NCBI GenBank assembly: GCA_001794195.1
Contig: MGJI01000009.1
Span: forward strand, 8,010 to 44,092
Source of the DNA: Candidatus Yanofskybacteria bacterium RIFCSPHIGHO2_01_FULL_44_17
GTDB taxonomy: Bacteria; Patescibacteriota; Minisyncoccia; 2-02-FULL-40-12; IGHO2-01-FULL-4-A
Direction of reading: 5' to 3'
DNA length: 36,083 bases
The notes under the pieces were generated by a model. The model ran no database searches, had not been told where the DNA came from, and saw only the letters and a program-made list of their open reading frames with translations. Shown piece after piece: positions 22,687-32,085 of this stretch (its first letter is position 1; each line of letters opens with the position of its first letter). The translations under genes and the position numbers were made by a program.

Positions 22687-23717
22687 TGTTTATACGACTT
22701 GGCGCTCTTTGTTTTTTGGCATCCTTATTATACGCACAGCCGCTTGACCAGAAAACTTTCACTAAAATCTTCGGCCAAGTAAAAGATTCTGTGGTAACAA
22801 TTAATTTCAGCTCAACACAAATAGTTAACGGCAGGCCCACCACAGCTGATGGCAGCGGCAGCGGAGTGATCGTTTCGAATGATGGCTTAATCGTTACCAA
22901 CAAGCATGTCATAAGCGATACCACCCGCTCCTTTAGGGTTACATTGGCCGGAGGACAAGAGCTTGGGGCCAGTTTTATTGGCATGGCACCTGATACGGAC
23001 ATTTCAATTATTAAATTGAGCTCATTGCCGGCGGGTGGCGTAAAACCTGCTATCATGGGCGACTCTGATCAACTTGAAGAAGGGGATTGGGTTCTGGCAA
23101 TAGGTTCGCCATTCGGCCTTGGCGGAACTCTCACGGCCGGCATCATAAGTAAAAAAGAAAGATCTATTCCAATAACGCAAGAAGGCGGAAGATCTCAGCC
23201 GCATTATCTAATACAAACCGACGCCGCGATTAATCCGGGTAATTCTGGCGGGGCCCTGGTTAATATGAAAGGCGAGCTGATCGGCATACCAACCGTAATA
23301 CTTAGCAGAACGGGCACCAGCAGCGGAATCGGCTTTGCCATTCCCTCTAACGTCATTAAGAAAATTTTGTCAGACGTGGCAATTAAAAGAACCACCCTGG
23401 GCTGGCTGGGAATGTCAGTCCAGAGCGTAAGCGAACTTAGCCTCGGCATCAAGAGGCAGCTTGGAATTACTGCTCAGGCGGGAGTCGTGATTACTGACAT
23501 TGAAAAAGGCGGACCGGCAGAAAAGGCCGGACTAAAACAATATGATGTTTTAGTCAGAATTAATAGTGAGGAGGTTGCTTCTGTCAGCAACTTTGAATGG
23601 CTTGAAAGAAATCTTAATCCTGGCGATACGGCCCTGATTAAAATAGAGCGACGAGGATCTTCCCAGTTGCAGGATATAAGTATCGCTGTGGGCGAATCCA
23701 ATAAAAAAACCCCGTAA
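22686..23717 (+). CDS. htrA: HtrA/DegP-family serine protease with one PDZ domain
   Basis: Signal peptide, a catalytic His region (VTNKHVI) and TDAAINPGNSGGALVN (Ser). The PDZ domain reads GVVITDIEKGGPAEKAGLKQYDVLVRIN. The start overlaps the rocD stop (TAATG). Confidence 0.92.
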   Translation: MFIRLGALCFLASLLYAQPLDQKTFTKIFGQVKDSVVTINFSSTQIVNGRPTTADGSGSGVIVSNDGLIVTNKHVISDTTRSFRVTLAGGQELGASFIGMAPDTDISIIKLSSLPAGGVKPAIMGDSDQLEEGDWVLAIGSPFGLGGTLTAGIISKKERSIPITQEGGRSQPHYLIQTDAAINPGNSGGALVNMKGELIGIPTVILSRTGTSSGIGFAIPSNVIKKILSDVAIKRTTLGWLGMSVQSVSELSLGIKRQLGITAQAGVVITDIEKGGPAEKAGLKQYDVLVRINSEEVASVSNFEWLERNLNPGDTALIKIERRGSSQLQDISIAVGESNKKTP

Positions 23718-23734
23718 AAGGGGTTTTGTTTTTT
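23703..23734. terminator. Bidirectional Rho-independent terminator
   Basis: aaaaaaacccc-gtaaaa-ggggttttgtttttt sits between the convergent htrA gene and the last gene of the Bat-like operon. Confidence 0.8.
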
Positions 23735-23750
23735 AGATTTCCAGATGACT

Positions 23751-24857
23751 TCATCCCAGCTTGATGATTGGAAGAAAGAGCATAAGAACTAAGACCAAAC
23801 AGATAAACCAGGGTGAAACATCTTTTAGGTTTACATTCTCGTTAGTCCCGAGCACCTTTCTCTCGATGTTTAAAATATTATCCAGGTCTTCATTGAGCTT
23901 ATCCGAATTTTCAGATGGCCTGAACTCTCCTTTAATGAGACTGGCTATTTCTTCCAGATACGCCGGGTCGGGTCTGGTTGTTATTAATCTGCCCTTTTCT
24001 GGCCCGTTGCTTTGAGAATAAAACTCTAACGTGTTGCCATCGGTATTTTTTTCCTTGGGAATCAGAGTGGCCTCGTTGCTGTCGCCGATGCCTATAATAA
24101 ATATTTTTACCGCTCTAGAGCGAACATCACCGAATCTTTCATCCATGGCCTCTTTTCTGGTCATGTCTATATATTCCGGTTCAGAGACCTGCTCGCCATC
24201 GCTTATTATTATAAGTATTTTTTCCTGGCTGTCTTCGTAAGCAAACAGGTTCAGACCCTGTGTTACCGCATCCCAGATATTAGTTCCATGGCTTTCAAAG
24301 ATTTTTAAATATTCGCTAGTTGTCAGTCTGAGCTCGTACTCAATAAGACGATAGTCTTTTGTGGGAATAACAACGGCTGGTATGGCTATGTCGGTGAATC
24401 TTATGAGTCCGACCTTGTCTTTGGAGCCCTCTATTCTCAACCTTTCAAGCAGTCGGTAGATAACCTCCTTGGCCGCCCCGAGGCGAGAGGGCACTACATC
24501 CTCAGCCAGCATGCTAATCGTGCTATCCATCGCAATAACTATTTGTGTTGGCTCATATTCTTTTTCATATTTAGGCTCTTTTATCTTGGGACCAAGCAGC
24601 GTCAGCCCCAGTAAAAGAGCTATAAGCGTTGTGATAATGGTTTTAGCGGCAAGTCTTATTGGGCCAGCTATGCCGGTTCTTACCTGCCGCGCCAGTAGCC
24701 GTGCCCGCCTATATCCGCCGAATTTTTTATGCATAGCGGCAATCCTGAAAGAATAAAAGACATACAGAATTGACACAGTGGCCACGGCGACCCAAACATA
24801 CTTAAGATACTGGGCGTAAACGAATATCAGATCGGTAAAATCAGGAATGTTGGCCAT
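23751..24857 (-). CDS. TM-anchored von Willebrand factor A protein (BatB-like)
   Basis: Two N-terminal TM helices, a VWA domain with MIDAS-like IVIAMDSTISM and IIISDGEQ, and a C-terminal TM helix (WFICLVLVLMLFLPII). Confidence 0.8.
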   Translation of the reverse strand: MANIPDFTDLIFVYAQYLKYVWVAVATVSILYVFYSFRIAAMHKKFGGYRRARLLARQVRTGIAGPIRLAAKTIITTLIALLLGLTLLGPKIKEPKYEKEYEPTQIVIAMDSTISMLAEDVVPSRLGAAKEVIYRLLERLRIEGSKDKVGLIRFTDIAIPAVVIPTKDYRLIEYELRLTTSEYLKIFESHGTNIWDAVTQGLNLFAYEDSQEKILIIISDGEQVSEPEYIDMTRKEAMDERFGDVRSRAVKIFIIGIGDSNEATLIPKEKNTDGNTLEFYSQSNGPEKGRLITTRPDPAYLEEIASLIKGEFRPSENSDKLNEDLDNILNIERKVLGTNENVNLKDVSPWFICLVLVLMLFLPIIKLG

Positions 24858-24875
24858 GCACGATCCTCCGTCATT

Positions 24876-25463
24876 TTAAGGTTTTACTGATCCGCTTTTT
24901 TGGCTCGGAGGACGAAGGAAGAAAGATGGTCCGCTACTACGACGATGATTGAGCATATTAATCACCGCGACAGCATCTGTCTTTTTTTTGTCATTTTTAA
25001 GAAGTTCCAAATTAACTTGAGCGTCAAAGTCGTGTCCGCCGATGCTCTTTGCCATAGAATCTTGCCATTTTTTTTCGGCCGTATTTATATTTCCCTGATA
25101 GAGCGCGGTATTCCCTTGCTGATACAGACAGTAAGAAGACAGTTCAGCTGATTCAGCAGTGGCGCACTGTTCAAATGCCGCGTAGGCCTCTTTTAATTTT
25201 CCTTGTCCTAAAAGTATTCTGCCGAGCTGATAGTCGAGCTTTTTATCAATTTCCAGTATGTCTAAAGACGAGTAGGTTTTCATCGTTCTATACCAACGGT
25301 TATCGCGTAATTCCTTTATAGCCGCCAATGCCAAGCTGAACTCTTTTTTATAAAATTGTTGTTCTGTTCTTTTTATACAAGCGTCAAATTCGGAATAAAT
25401 ATAGCCCTGCAGGCCAGACAAAACAGAGACGGCTAAAAGGATAATCACGGCGATAGTTTTCAT
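24876..25463 (-). CDS. Secreted TPR-repeat protein (BatC-like)
   Basis: Signal peptide MKTIAVIILLAVSVLSG. TPR-like helical repeats follow (LGRILLGQGKLKEAYAAFEQC; YQQGNTALYQGNINTAEKKWQDS). Confidence 0.7.
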   Translation of the reverse strand: MKTIAVIILLAVSVLSGLQGYIYSEFDACIKRTEQQFYKKEFSLALAAIKELRDNRWYRTMKTYSSLDILEIDKKLDYQLGRILLGQGKLKEAYAAFEQCATAESAELSSYCLYQQGNTALYQGNINTAEKKWQDSMAKSIGGHDFDAQVNLELLKNDKKKTDAVAVINMLNHRRSSGPSFFLRPPSQKSGSVKP

Positions 25464-25478
25464 TTTTTCTCCTTTTTT

Positions 25479-26729
25479 CTATAAATTAATGAGTACTTCA
25501 ACAAAGACCAACAACAGGAAGAAGCCGCAAGCCAGCATAACAAAAAATATATAAGATTCACTGACATCATATTTAACCTCAGGTGTCATCAAATCTTTTT
25601 CCAGTCTGCTTATTTCTAAGAAGAATTTTCTGACATCATCATAATTGTTACTGCTAAAATATTCTCCGCCAGTTCTTTTTATCGCTGCAACCAGGGGGCG
25701 ATGAGCCTCCGCTACATTACTATAATCATTTCCGACTCCGGCTTGAGCAATTAGCCGTGCGGCCGGCAATAATTTTACTATTACGCGGGGCGGTCTGACA
25801 GGTGAATGATTGACCCAAAGGCCATCTTCGGCTACGACCTCTTCTTCGGCCTCCGGGGGACTGGGGGCCGTAAGAACTTCTATGTAGTAAACCTTTATAC
25901 CCAACCTCTCGGCCAACCATATTGATTTAATGGGGTCGAGGCCCGTGTTTGAGTCACCGTCCGAGAATAGAATAATAATTCTATTCTTACTTTTAGCTGG
26001 CGGCGTTAGCCTGACCGCTTCCGAAATAATGAAGTCATCCTGAGTCTTGGCTGTGGGACTCGGTGATCCAAGCTCCGGAAGATCCAACGAGTTGGCGGCT
26101 GCCCAAAGGCGCCGGATATTGAATTCTATTTCTGAGTTGTCGGATTCTTTTTGAAGGCCGGCATGCCAGTCCATTTCATTGACGGCTAGAACAGAAATAA
26201 ATATGCCCTCGCCTATGGAGGTGTTGCTGCCGAATATTTGGGAGTACACTTTTGTGGCGGCAACGTTAAAAACCTCTTTGGATAGTGTTGGGCGCTGGAT
26301 AATACCCGCACCCCAGCCCTCGCCTCCACCGGAAAAAGCGGTCAGCCCAAGCGCGTCAGAATCACTCCTCGTTTCCGAGAACTCTTTCAAAATATCTTTA
26401 ACAACTATGAGTTTTGTGCGGCCGTCGGCAACGAACTCATCCATACTCCCGGAAACATCTATGCAGGGCACTATAATCTTACCCTCTATGACAACTTCGG
26501 TCCTAGTTTGTACAGTAAACGGTGCGGCCAAAGCCAGCAGTAAAAGGATAGCGATCAAAAGGTAGGCCAGCATAGGAGTCGCACTGAGCGCTCTTAAGAA
26601 TATTCCAGCCTTTTTAACGGCCAGACTACCTGAAAAATAATAACCCCTTCTGCTTGATTTGTTTAACAAAAAAAGGAGGAGGGCAAAAGCGAGTATACCG
26701 GCAAGATATTCCGGATTTCTTAGCTCCAT
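25479..26729 (-). CDS. TM-anchored von Willebrand factor A protein (BatA-like) with an internal insertion
   Basis: N-terminal TM helices, MIDAS-like PCIDVSGSM, IIILFSDGDSN and a C-terminal TM helix. An acidic/Pro-rich insert (PSPPEAEEEVVAEDG...) is present. Confidence 0.8.
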   Translation of the reverse strand: MELRNPEYLAGILAFALLLFLLNKSSRRGYYFSGSLAVKKAGIFLRALSATPMLAYLLIAILLLLALAAPFTVQTRTEVVIEGKIIVPCIDVSGSMDEFVADGRTKLIVVKDILKEFSETRSDSDALGLTAFSGGGEGWGAGIIQRPTLSKEVFNVAATKVYSQIFGSNTSIGEGIFISVLAVNEMDWHAGLQKESDNSEIEFNIRRLWAAANSLDLPELGSPSPTAKTQDDFIISEAVRLTPPAKSKNRIIILFSDGDSNTGLDPIKSIWLAERLGIKVYYIEVLTAPSPPEAEEEVVAEDGLWVNHSPVRPPRVIVKLLPAARLIAQAGVGNDYSNVAEAHRPLVAAIKRTGGEYFSSNNYDDVRKFFLEISRLEKDLMTPEVKYDVSESYIFFVMLACGFFLLLVFVEVLINL

Positions 26730-28183
26730 GTTCCCTCCTCTGGTTTATTTTTAAAGCCTTCGGTTGCTATTAAGTTTTTAAGCGCTAGTTTAAGCGTCGC
26801 AGTATCTTCGGGCGTAATTTTTTCGTCTAAAAACGACTCGGCAGCCGCCAGAGTATCTGAACTTATTCCTATTTTGGCGAACTCTTCAATGGTAAATGAC
26901 AATGCCAGATTTTTGGGTATCTTGGCGCGTGCGCCCATATAAAGTCTCAACTGATTGATAAACAGCTTGAGATTGTACTGGGTTGGTTCGGCCTCAAAAC
27001 GTTTAAATGCTTTGCCGGCCAGGATACGTGCAACATAAGTTAATCTATAGATTCTCGCTGTAACTGATTTGTTCAGCTGGGCCAACGACTCACGCAAGCC
27101 GGCCTTATATATTTTTCCTATATGCCTCACAAAAAACATCAGAAGCACATATAATATTATGAGCCCGGCCAAAGCCAGTGTCGTGTATGCTACGCGAATT
27201 GGCCAAACGCCAAATCGCAGGAATGTCTCTATGTCAGATTTAAGAATATTTTTAGGCGGACGGAAGTCGCTGTCTTCGTTTAGAACGCTATTGGTTCTGA
27301 TCTTTATGGGCGTAGTAATCAGTTTGGCAACTTCGTTTTTACCCTGCTCAATATAGTAAATATTGAGCTGCGGAATTTCAAATAGCATGGTCTGGCTTAC
27401 ATCATATAGGGCAAGTCGGTAATTATATATGAGCTCTTTGTGAAGACCGCGGTCTAATGCAATTTTTTTATTGGCATCATCTTTATTTATAACGACAAAC
27501 GGTTTTAGGTCCGGATTATCAAGCTTGGTGGCATCAGTAACGCCATATTTTTTATCAAGCTCGGATGACGCCAGGTCGTTTAACAGCGTCACAGCCCCGG
27601 TTTCGTAAAATATATGCAGGGCGTAATTAACATGTTCGCCGATGTTTACAACGTCATGAAATCCGTCACCATTGTTAACCATTGCAAAGATTGTCGTCTT
27701 CTCCACTTCAATGGGCGCGAACCGCTCTACCTTACTTATAACAGTAGTTACGAGTGCTTTTTTATCGCCTTCTCCCTGCCATGCAACCTCTGGGTATCTG
27801 AAATTCAATGACAAGCCGATTCGATATCTGCCGTATTTGAGCTCGGCAGTCGGCCTCAAAACTTGTGTTATCATAACAAAGTTATAGTCTTTGTCGTCAG
27901 GCACTGGGGCCGGATCGGTAATAAATAGCTCCGTGACAGTGAAATCCTTGTTTGTGATATTTTTAAGCTCATCCGCATTAAAATTAGTGCCGACCCGGAA
28001 CATCAGGATACACCCGATTTCTATGTTCTGGCCCTTAACAAAAACGTTAGATACCACCCGGCATTCCGATTTAATGGGTGGTTTTTCCGTCTGAGCTTCA
28101 ACCTGCTCTTGTTGGCCGTTTAATCCTGGAAAGATCAATGCGGCCAACAAAATTACAGCTAAGGCCGCGTTGATTTTTTTCAT
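26720..28183 (-). CDS. BatD-like envelope protein (signal peptide, extracytoplasmic domain, late TM, cytoplasmic tail)
   Basis: The topology and operon position match BatD. I could not verify sequence-level similarity by eye. Confidence 0.5.
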   Translation of the reverse strand: MKKINAALAVILLAALIFPGLNGQQEQVEAQTEKPPIKSECRVVSNVFVKGQNIEIGCILMFRVGTNFNADELKNITNKDFTVTELFITDPAPVPDDKDYNFVMITQVLRPTAELKYGRYRIGLSLNFRYPEVAWQGEGDKKALVTTVISKVERFAPIEVEKTTIFAMVNNGDGFHDVVNIGEHVNYALHIFYETGAVTLLNDLASSELDKKYGVTDATKLDNPDLKPFVVINKDDANKKIALDRGLHKELIYNYRLALYDVSQTMLFEIPQLNIYYIEQGKNEVAKLITTPIKIRTNSVLNEDSDFRPPKNILKSDIETFLRFGVWPIRVAYTTLALAGLIILYVLLMFFVRHIGKIYKAGLRESLAQLNKSVTARIYRLTYVARILAGKAFKRFEAEPTQYNLKLFINQLRLYMGARAKIPKNLALSFTIEEFAKIGISSDTLAAAESFLDEKITPEDTATLKLALKNLIATEGFKNKPEEGTWS

Positions 28184-29037
28184 GGTTGCTCCTTCCGTTT
28201 TTCGAATAATTCTGCCAAATTTTTAAAGGCCTCGCCTATTTCATGGCCGGTATTTAATTCCAGCCAATCTATACCGGATCTTCTCAGAATAGGTGCTAGT
28301 CTGTCAATCAGATTAGCGGCCTTGCGGGCTATGAACTTCTTGCCGGTTTCTGGATCAACTAGTCTGACAAATCCGAATTTAGGCCTGGGTAATTCTATTT
28401 CCGCCGGATCGCGCACGAACAATGCAATGACATCGACGCGTTCACTAAGCTGATTAAGCTGAAGTCTAAAACTATTCTCAAATAAAAAGTCGGAAATTAT
28501 AAAAACAATACCGGGGGTATCAAGGCCGGATTGTCCATTACCATGAGAAAGTCCGGTCAGGGCCGCACTCAAATTTGTAGTGCATGCCCTGGCGGGTAGT
28601 TTAAGTAATTCCTGAAGCTGATCCTCGGCAATGGCCTGGGACGCGATAAACCCGCTATCATAGCGAATGCCATCATCAAAGGCGACAAACCGGAAACGGT
28701 TGCCTTCTCCTGAGCAGGCAGATGTTAATTGCCTAGTAAACTCAATGAGGTAGGCGTACTTCAATAAGACCGTTCCGAACCTTATAGATCGAGAGGCATC
28801 TAAAAGAAAAACAATGTTGGCAGCCTTCTCAACTCTGTGAACGGATACTCTCGGATCGCTATCGTCGCGCTTGGCGGTAGCCAAAAGATCTACTGACCTG
28901 GGGTCATCGCCCAGGCGAAACTTTCTTTTTTCTTCAAGATCGTGGCCCCTTGGGTTCATCTGCCAGCTTGAATATTCGCCCGAAAGTAAACCGCTTATTC
29001 TTTTGGCTATGGCAAGACGTAGTTTTTCTTCAATCAT
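28180..29037 (-). CDS. DUF58-family protein (VWA-like, MoxR partner)
   Basis: FRLGDDPRSVDLLATAKRDD followed by NIVFLLDASRS is the DUF58 signature. It overlaps both neighbours. Confidence 0.85.
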   Translation of the reverse strand: MIEEKLRLAIAKRISGLLSGEYSSWQMNPRGHDLEEKRKFRLGDDPRSVDLLATAKRDDSDPRVSVHRVEKAANIVFLLDASRSIRFGTVLLKYAYLIEFTRQLTSACSGEGNRFRFVAFDDGIRYDSGFIASQAIAEDQLQELLKLPARACTTNLSAALTGLSHGNGQSGLDTPGIVFIISDFLFENSFRLQLNQLSERVDVIALFVRDPAEIELPRPKFGFVRLVDPETGKKFIARKAANLIDRLAPILRRSGIDWLELNTGHEIGEAFKNLAELFEKRKEQP

Positions 29038-30094
29038 GTTGTGTCACTCTCGAGTTTACAAAAGGAGTATTTTCTACAATATTAGTTATAACTTGGTCTG
29101 TTAGGTCATTGATATGGTTTCCGGGATATCCTAGTTCTTGGGCTTCTGTTTTGCTAACGGGATAACGACCTCTCAAAACCGGCAAAACCCAATTTTTAAC
29201 ATCTGCCTGCGCAGCCTTATCTTTGCCATTAAGAAATGCACTGATGCCCGCTACAATCTTAAGATCTTCGCCCGGACGAACTGACGGTGCCTCTCCTTTG
29301 ATACCGCCAAGTTTGGCTGGGTGATTGTGGGCATTGATAAGTATGCGCGAGATATAGTCAACAATCACCGAATCATGACTCAGCGGTAAAACATAGGCAT
29401 TGTAAATAAGATTGCTCCAACGGGCCAACTCTTCAAGATCAAGAATTTTTTTCAATTCTTTGGGCCTTTGGTCGCGAGCAATAATCCGACTTAACTCGTT
29501 CTTGTTCGGAAAATCAACGAAGATTTTGAACATAAACCGATCCATCAAGGCTTCTGAGACACGATAAGTTCCATCGGTTTCAATAGGATTTTGAGTAGCA
29601 AATAAATGAAAGTGGGGAAGCTCGACTCTCTGGTTTTCAAAAGTAACGGCCGCGTCCTCCATGGGCTCCAGAAGGCCAGATTGTGATTTGGGCGGAATAC
29701 GATTTAGCTCGTCTGCCAAAAGAATATTGGTAAAAATCGGACCGCGAGCAAACAGTATCTCCTTGATGCTTTTGCCGGTTACTTCATGACTATATAAGAA
29801 ATCCATCGGCTCGTGATCTGGAGTGCCCTGAACTCTTGAATATGCCAAATCCAATACTTCTGAGAGTTTTTTAACTAGTAGTGTCTTGCCTCTGCCGGGA
29901 GCAGCCTCAAATAAGACATGCCCGCGACGGCTGACACCGGCAAGCAAGGCTATTATCAATGCCAAGATCGCATGATCAAGGCCCACCACTTCTTTGTGTA
30001 CCTCTTCTCCTGCTTTTGTAATTTTTAATCTAAAGTCCTCTGCTTGCTCGTCGGTAAAACCTAGACCTCTTTTTTTTACGATCTGCAGACTCAT
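29030..30094 (-). CDS. MoxR-family AAA+ ATPase
   Basis: Walker A FEAAPGRGKTLL, QGTPDHEPMDFL, Walker B ILLADELNRIPPKSQSGLLEPMED, ATQNPIE and EALMDRF. Confidence 0.93.
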   Translation of the reverse strand: MSLQIVKKRGLGFTDEQAEDFRLKITKAGEEVHKEVVGLDHAILALIIALLAGVSRRGHVLFEAAPGRGKTLLVKKLSEVLDLAYSRVQGTPDHEPMDFLYSHEVTGKSIKEILFARGPIFTNILLADELNRIPPKSQSGLLEPMEDAAVTFENQRVELPHFHLFATQNPIETDGTYRVSEALMDRFMFKIFVDFPNKNELSRIIARDQRPKELKKILDLEELARWSNLIYNAYVLPLSHDSVIVDYISRILINAHNHPAKLGGIKGEAPSVRPGEDLKIVAGISAFLNGKDKAAQADVKNWVLPVLRGRYPVSKTEAQELGYPGNHINDLTDQVITNIVENTPFVNSRVTQHD

Positions 30095-30138
30095 AAACTC
30101 TCCCTTATAGATTTTTAAGGATCATTTTAACTTGACTA

Positions 30139-30168
30139 ACTATAGACCTCAGCTAATTACAATGTCAA
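30139..30168 (-). promoter_or_regulatory. Putative promoter of the MoxR/Bat-like operon
   Basis: On the minus strand this reads TTGACA - 18 nt - TATAGT. An AAGGGAGAG SD precedes ATG 30094. Confidence 0.5.
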
Positions 30169-30199
30169 TTAAGCACGATCTCCGAGACGTGTGGCCGCT

Positions 30200-30228
30200 T
30201 TGACATATATTTGCTGACCGCTTAGTAT
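30200..30228 (+). promoter_or_regulatory. Putative divergent promoter for the 231-aa gene
   Basis: TTGACA - 17 nt - TAGTAT, about 40 nt upstream of ATG 30268, which has a GAGGAGAAGAGAG SD. Confidence 0.5.
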
Positions 30229-30267
30229 GGCAGAGGAACATTTACATTTTATGCGAGGAGAAGAGAG

Positions 30268-30963
30268 ATGTTTAAAAATGGGTCTAAACCAGTAATTTTT
30301 TTGGGTATCTTCCTAATGAGTGCCGGGGTAGTCTTAGGCCAGCAGAGTTTTGATATTAATCTCGTAAACAGCAACTTTAAAAACATGCTCGGCTTGCGTT
30401 TGAATAATTTCCCAAGACCGCAATTTGTTAAACAAACTGCCGCCGCCTTTAATGGCAACCGGCTGGGATTTGAAGTCAAATTCATAACCGCAGAAGACTT
30501 TAATGCTAAGTTTGAGGGCAAAGGTGTTGTCGCCAACCCATTTGTAGATAATAAGATTATCTACGTGGTCATGACGGGCGAGGCCCAGAGAAAGGCCTTT
30601 GCTTCAATAGACCGCAGCCACGCTGACTATGAAAAAATGCGGAGCGCCATAGATCTAGTACTCATTTTAAACGAATTGATTTTTGAGATGACATCTCCGG
30701 CGCAGAGAACGGACATTCTTATGCAGTTGACCCGGATATCAAAATCTACCGAAGACGGCACGGAAAAAACTCCAGCCATACTGGCGACGATTAGGAAACA
30801 CCTGTCGTCCTATCAGGTGGTAAAATTTTTTCTTGAGGCGAAATCTAGGTACGGCCAAGTTCGCCCGGACGGCTCTATCTTGGACACGCTGCTATTTATA
30901 TCTGGACACAACGTAAATGAGGCCATTACAGTATTCTTAGAGGAAAGTCTTTTTGGAAAATGA
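30268..30963 (+). CDS. Hypothetical secreted protein
   Basis: 231 aa with a signal peptide (VIFLGIFLMSAGVVLG). It has its own promoter, a strong SD and its own terminator. I recognise no motif. Confidence 0.6.
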   Translation: MFKNGSKPVIFLGIFLMSAGVVLGQQSFDINLVNSNFKNMLGLRLNNFPRPQFVKQTAAAFNGNRLGFEVKFITAEDFNAKFEGKGVVANPFVDNKIIYVVMTGEAQRKAFASIDRSHADYEKMRSAIDLVLILNELIFEMTSPAQRTDILMQLTRISKSTEDGTEKTPAILATIRKHLSSYQVVKFFLEAKSRYGQVRPDGSILDTLLFISGHNVNEAITVFLEESLFGK

Positions 30964-30972
30964 ATTATTTTT

Positions 30973-30998
30973 AAAAGCGGCAGCAGCCGCTTTTTTTT
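30973..30998 (+). terminator. Rho-independent terminator
   Basis: aaaagcggc-agca-gccgc followed by T8. Confidence 0.85.
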
Positions 30999-31029
30999 GA
31001 ATACTTATCATGCTATTCTTGCAGCTTCT

Positions 31030-32025
31030 ATGGGAGAGCTAAAACAAAATATTTTGGCGACCCTGGCCTATTATGACGTTATGGATATGCCGCTAACGGC
31101 AGGGGAGGTTTCGTCGTGGCTAATTAATTTTGAGCATTTGGCAGACAACTGTTATAGCGCCGACAACCTGCAGCCGGAGAATCGTCGTGACGATATTAAA
31201 AAAGAGCTTGGCCAATTATTTTTAGATGGTTCGATTAATCAAGTAGGGGGGTACTATTTTTTATTTGGCAGAGAGCATCTGGTACCGCTTCGACTTAAGC
31301 GTCAGAAAATAGCCAGGCTAAAGTGGCAAAAGGCCAAGCGCGCCATTCGGCATCTTCGCTTCATACCATACGTTTTTGGCGTATTCGCCTCGGGTTCTTT
31401 GGCAATAAGCAATACCGACGAATTAAGCGATCTGGACGTACTAATAATAGTCAGACCCAGCCGCATCTGGTTGGCCAGAATTTTTATACTAACCGCGCTG
31501 TCATTATTTGGCGTACGTCGCAAAGGTACCGATAAGATCGCGCCGGACAAAATTTGTCCTAACCATTTTATTACAAGAACATCCTTGAATATACCGTTTA
31601 AGAGTATCTATACTGCTCAAACTTACTGTAACTTGGTACCAATATATTTAAGAAGTAGTGAAATCATAGAAGAGTTTAAAAGGGCGAATGACTGGGTCAT
31701 TAAATTTATTTTCAAATGGAATATTCCGGCTGAGCCTATGGTTAAGAGAGGATGGCCGGAAATGCTAGCGGCCGCAGCTGAAACGATATTTAATTCTCGT
31801 CTCGGCAATTTTTTTGAGGGTCTGGCGCGTAGAAAGCAGTCTCTCAGAATAAGTCAAAACCCAGTAACCAAGGAGTCTGGGGGTAGGGTGGTTTTTAGTG
31901 ATGAACAGCTAGAGTTTCATCCACATTCAATCGAAGCGGCCGTTATTAAAAGCTATAACCAGAATTTAAAAAAGTTGGGCATGCCCGAATTTTACGTTGA
32001 GCAAGACTCGGGACTTACAAGGTAG
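31030..32025 (+). CDS. Pol-beta-superfamily nucleotidyltransferase-fold protein with a wHTH-like N-terminal region
   Basis: GVFASGSLAISNTDELSDLDVLIIV fits the minimal NTase G[GS]-x9-13-D-x-D motif. The N-terminal ~110 aa look winged-helix-like. ATG 31030 is preferred because the track's TTG 30997 lies inside the upstream terminator T-tract. Confidence 0.6.
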   Translation: MGELKQNILATLAYYDVMDMPLTAGEVSSWLINFEHLADNCYSADNLQPENRRDDIKKELGQLFLDGSINQVGGYYFLFGREHLVPLRLKRQKIARLKWQKAKRAIRHLRFIPYVFGVFASGSLAISNTDELSDLDVLIIVRPSRIWLARIFILTALSLFGVRRKGTDKIAPDKICPNHFITRTSLNIPFKSIYTAQTYCNLVPIYLRSSEIIEEFKRANDWVIKFIFKWNIPAEPMVKRGWPEMLAAAAETIFNSRLGNFFEGLARRKQSLRISQNPVTKESGGRVVFSDEQLEFHPHSIEAAVIKSYNQNLKKLGMPEFYVEQDSGLTR

Positions 32026-32061
32026 CCCTCATTTGAGGATGGTCGAGTTTCATTTTGAATT

Positions 32062-32084
32062 AAAAAACCGAGTGCCCTCGGTTG
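32062..32084 (-). terminator. Rho-independent terminator for the minus-strand small gene
   Basis: On the minus strand this reads aaccgag-ggca-ctcggtt followed by TTTTTT, immediately downstream of stop 32086. Confidence 0.7.
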
Positions 32085-32085
32085 C

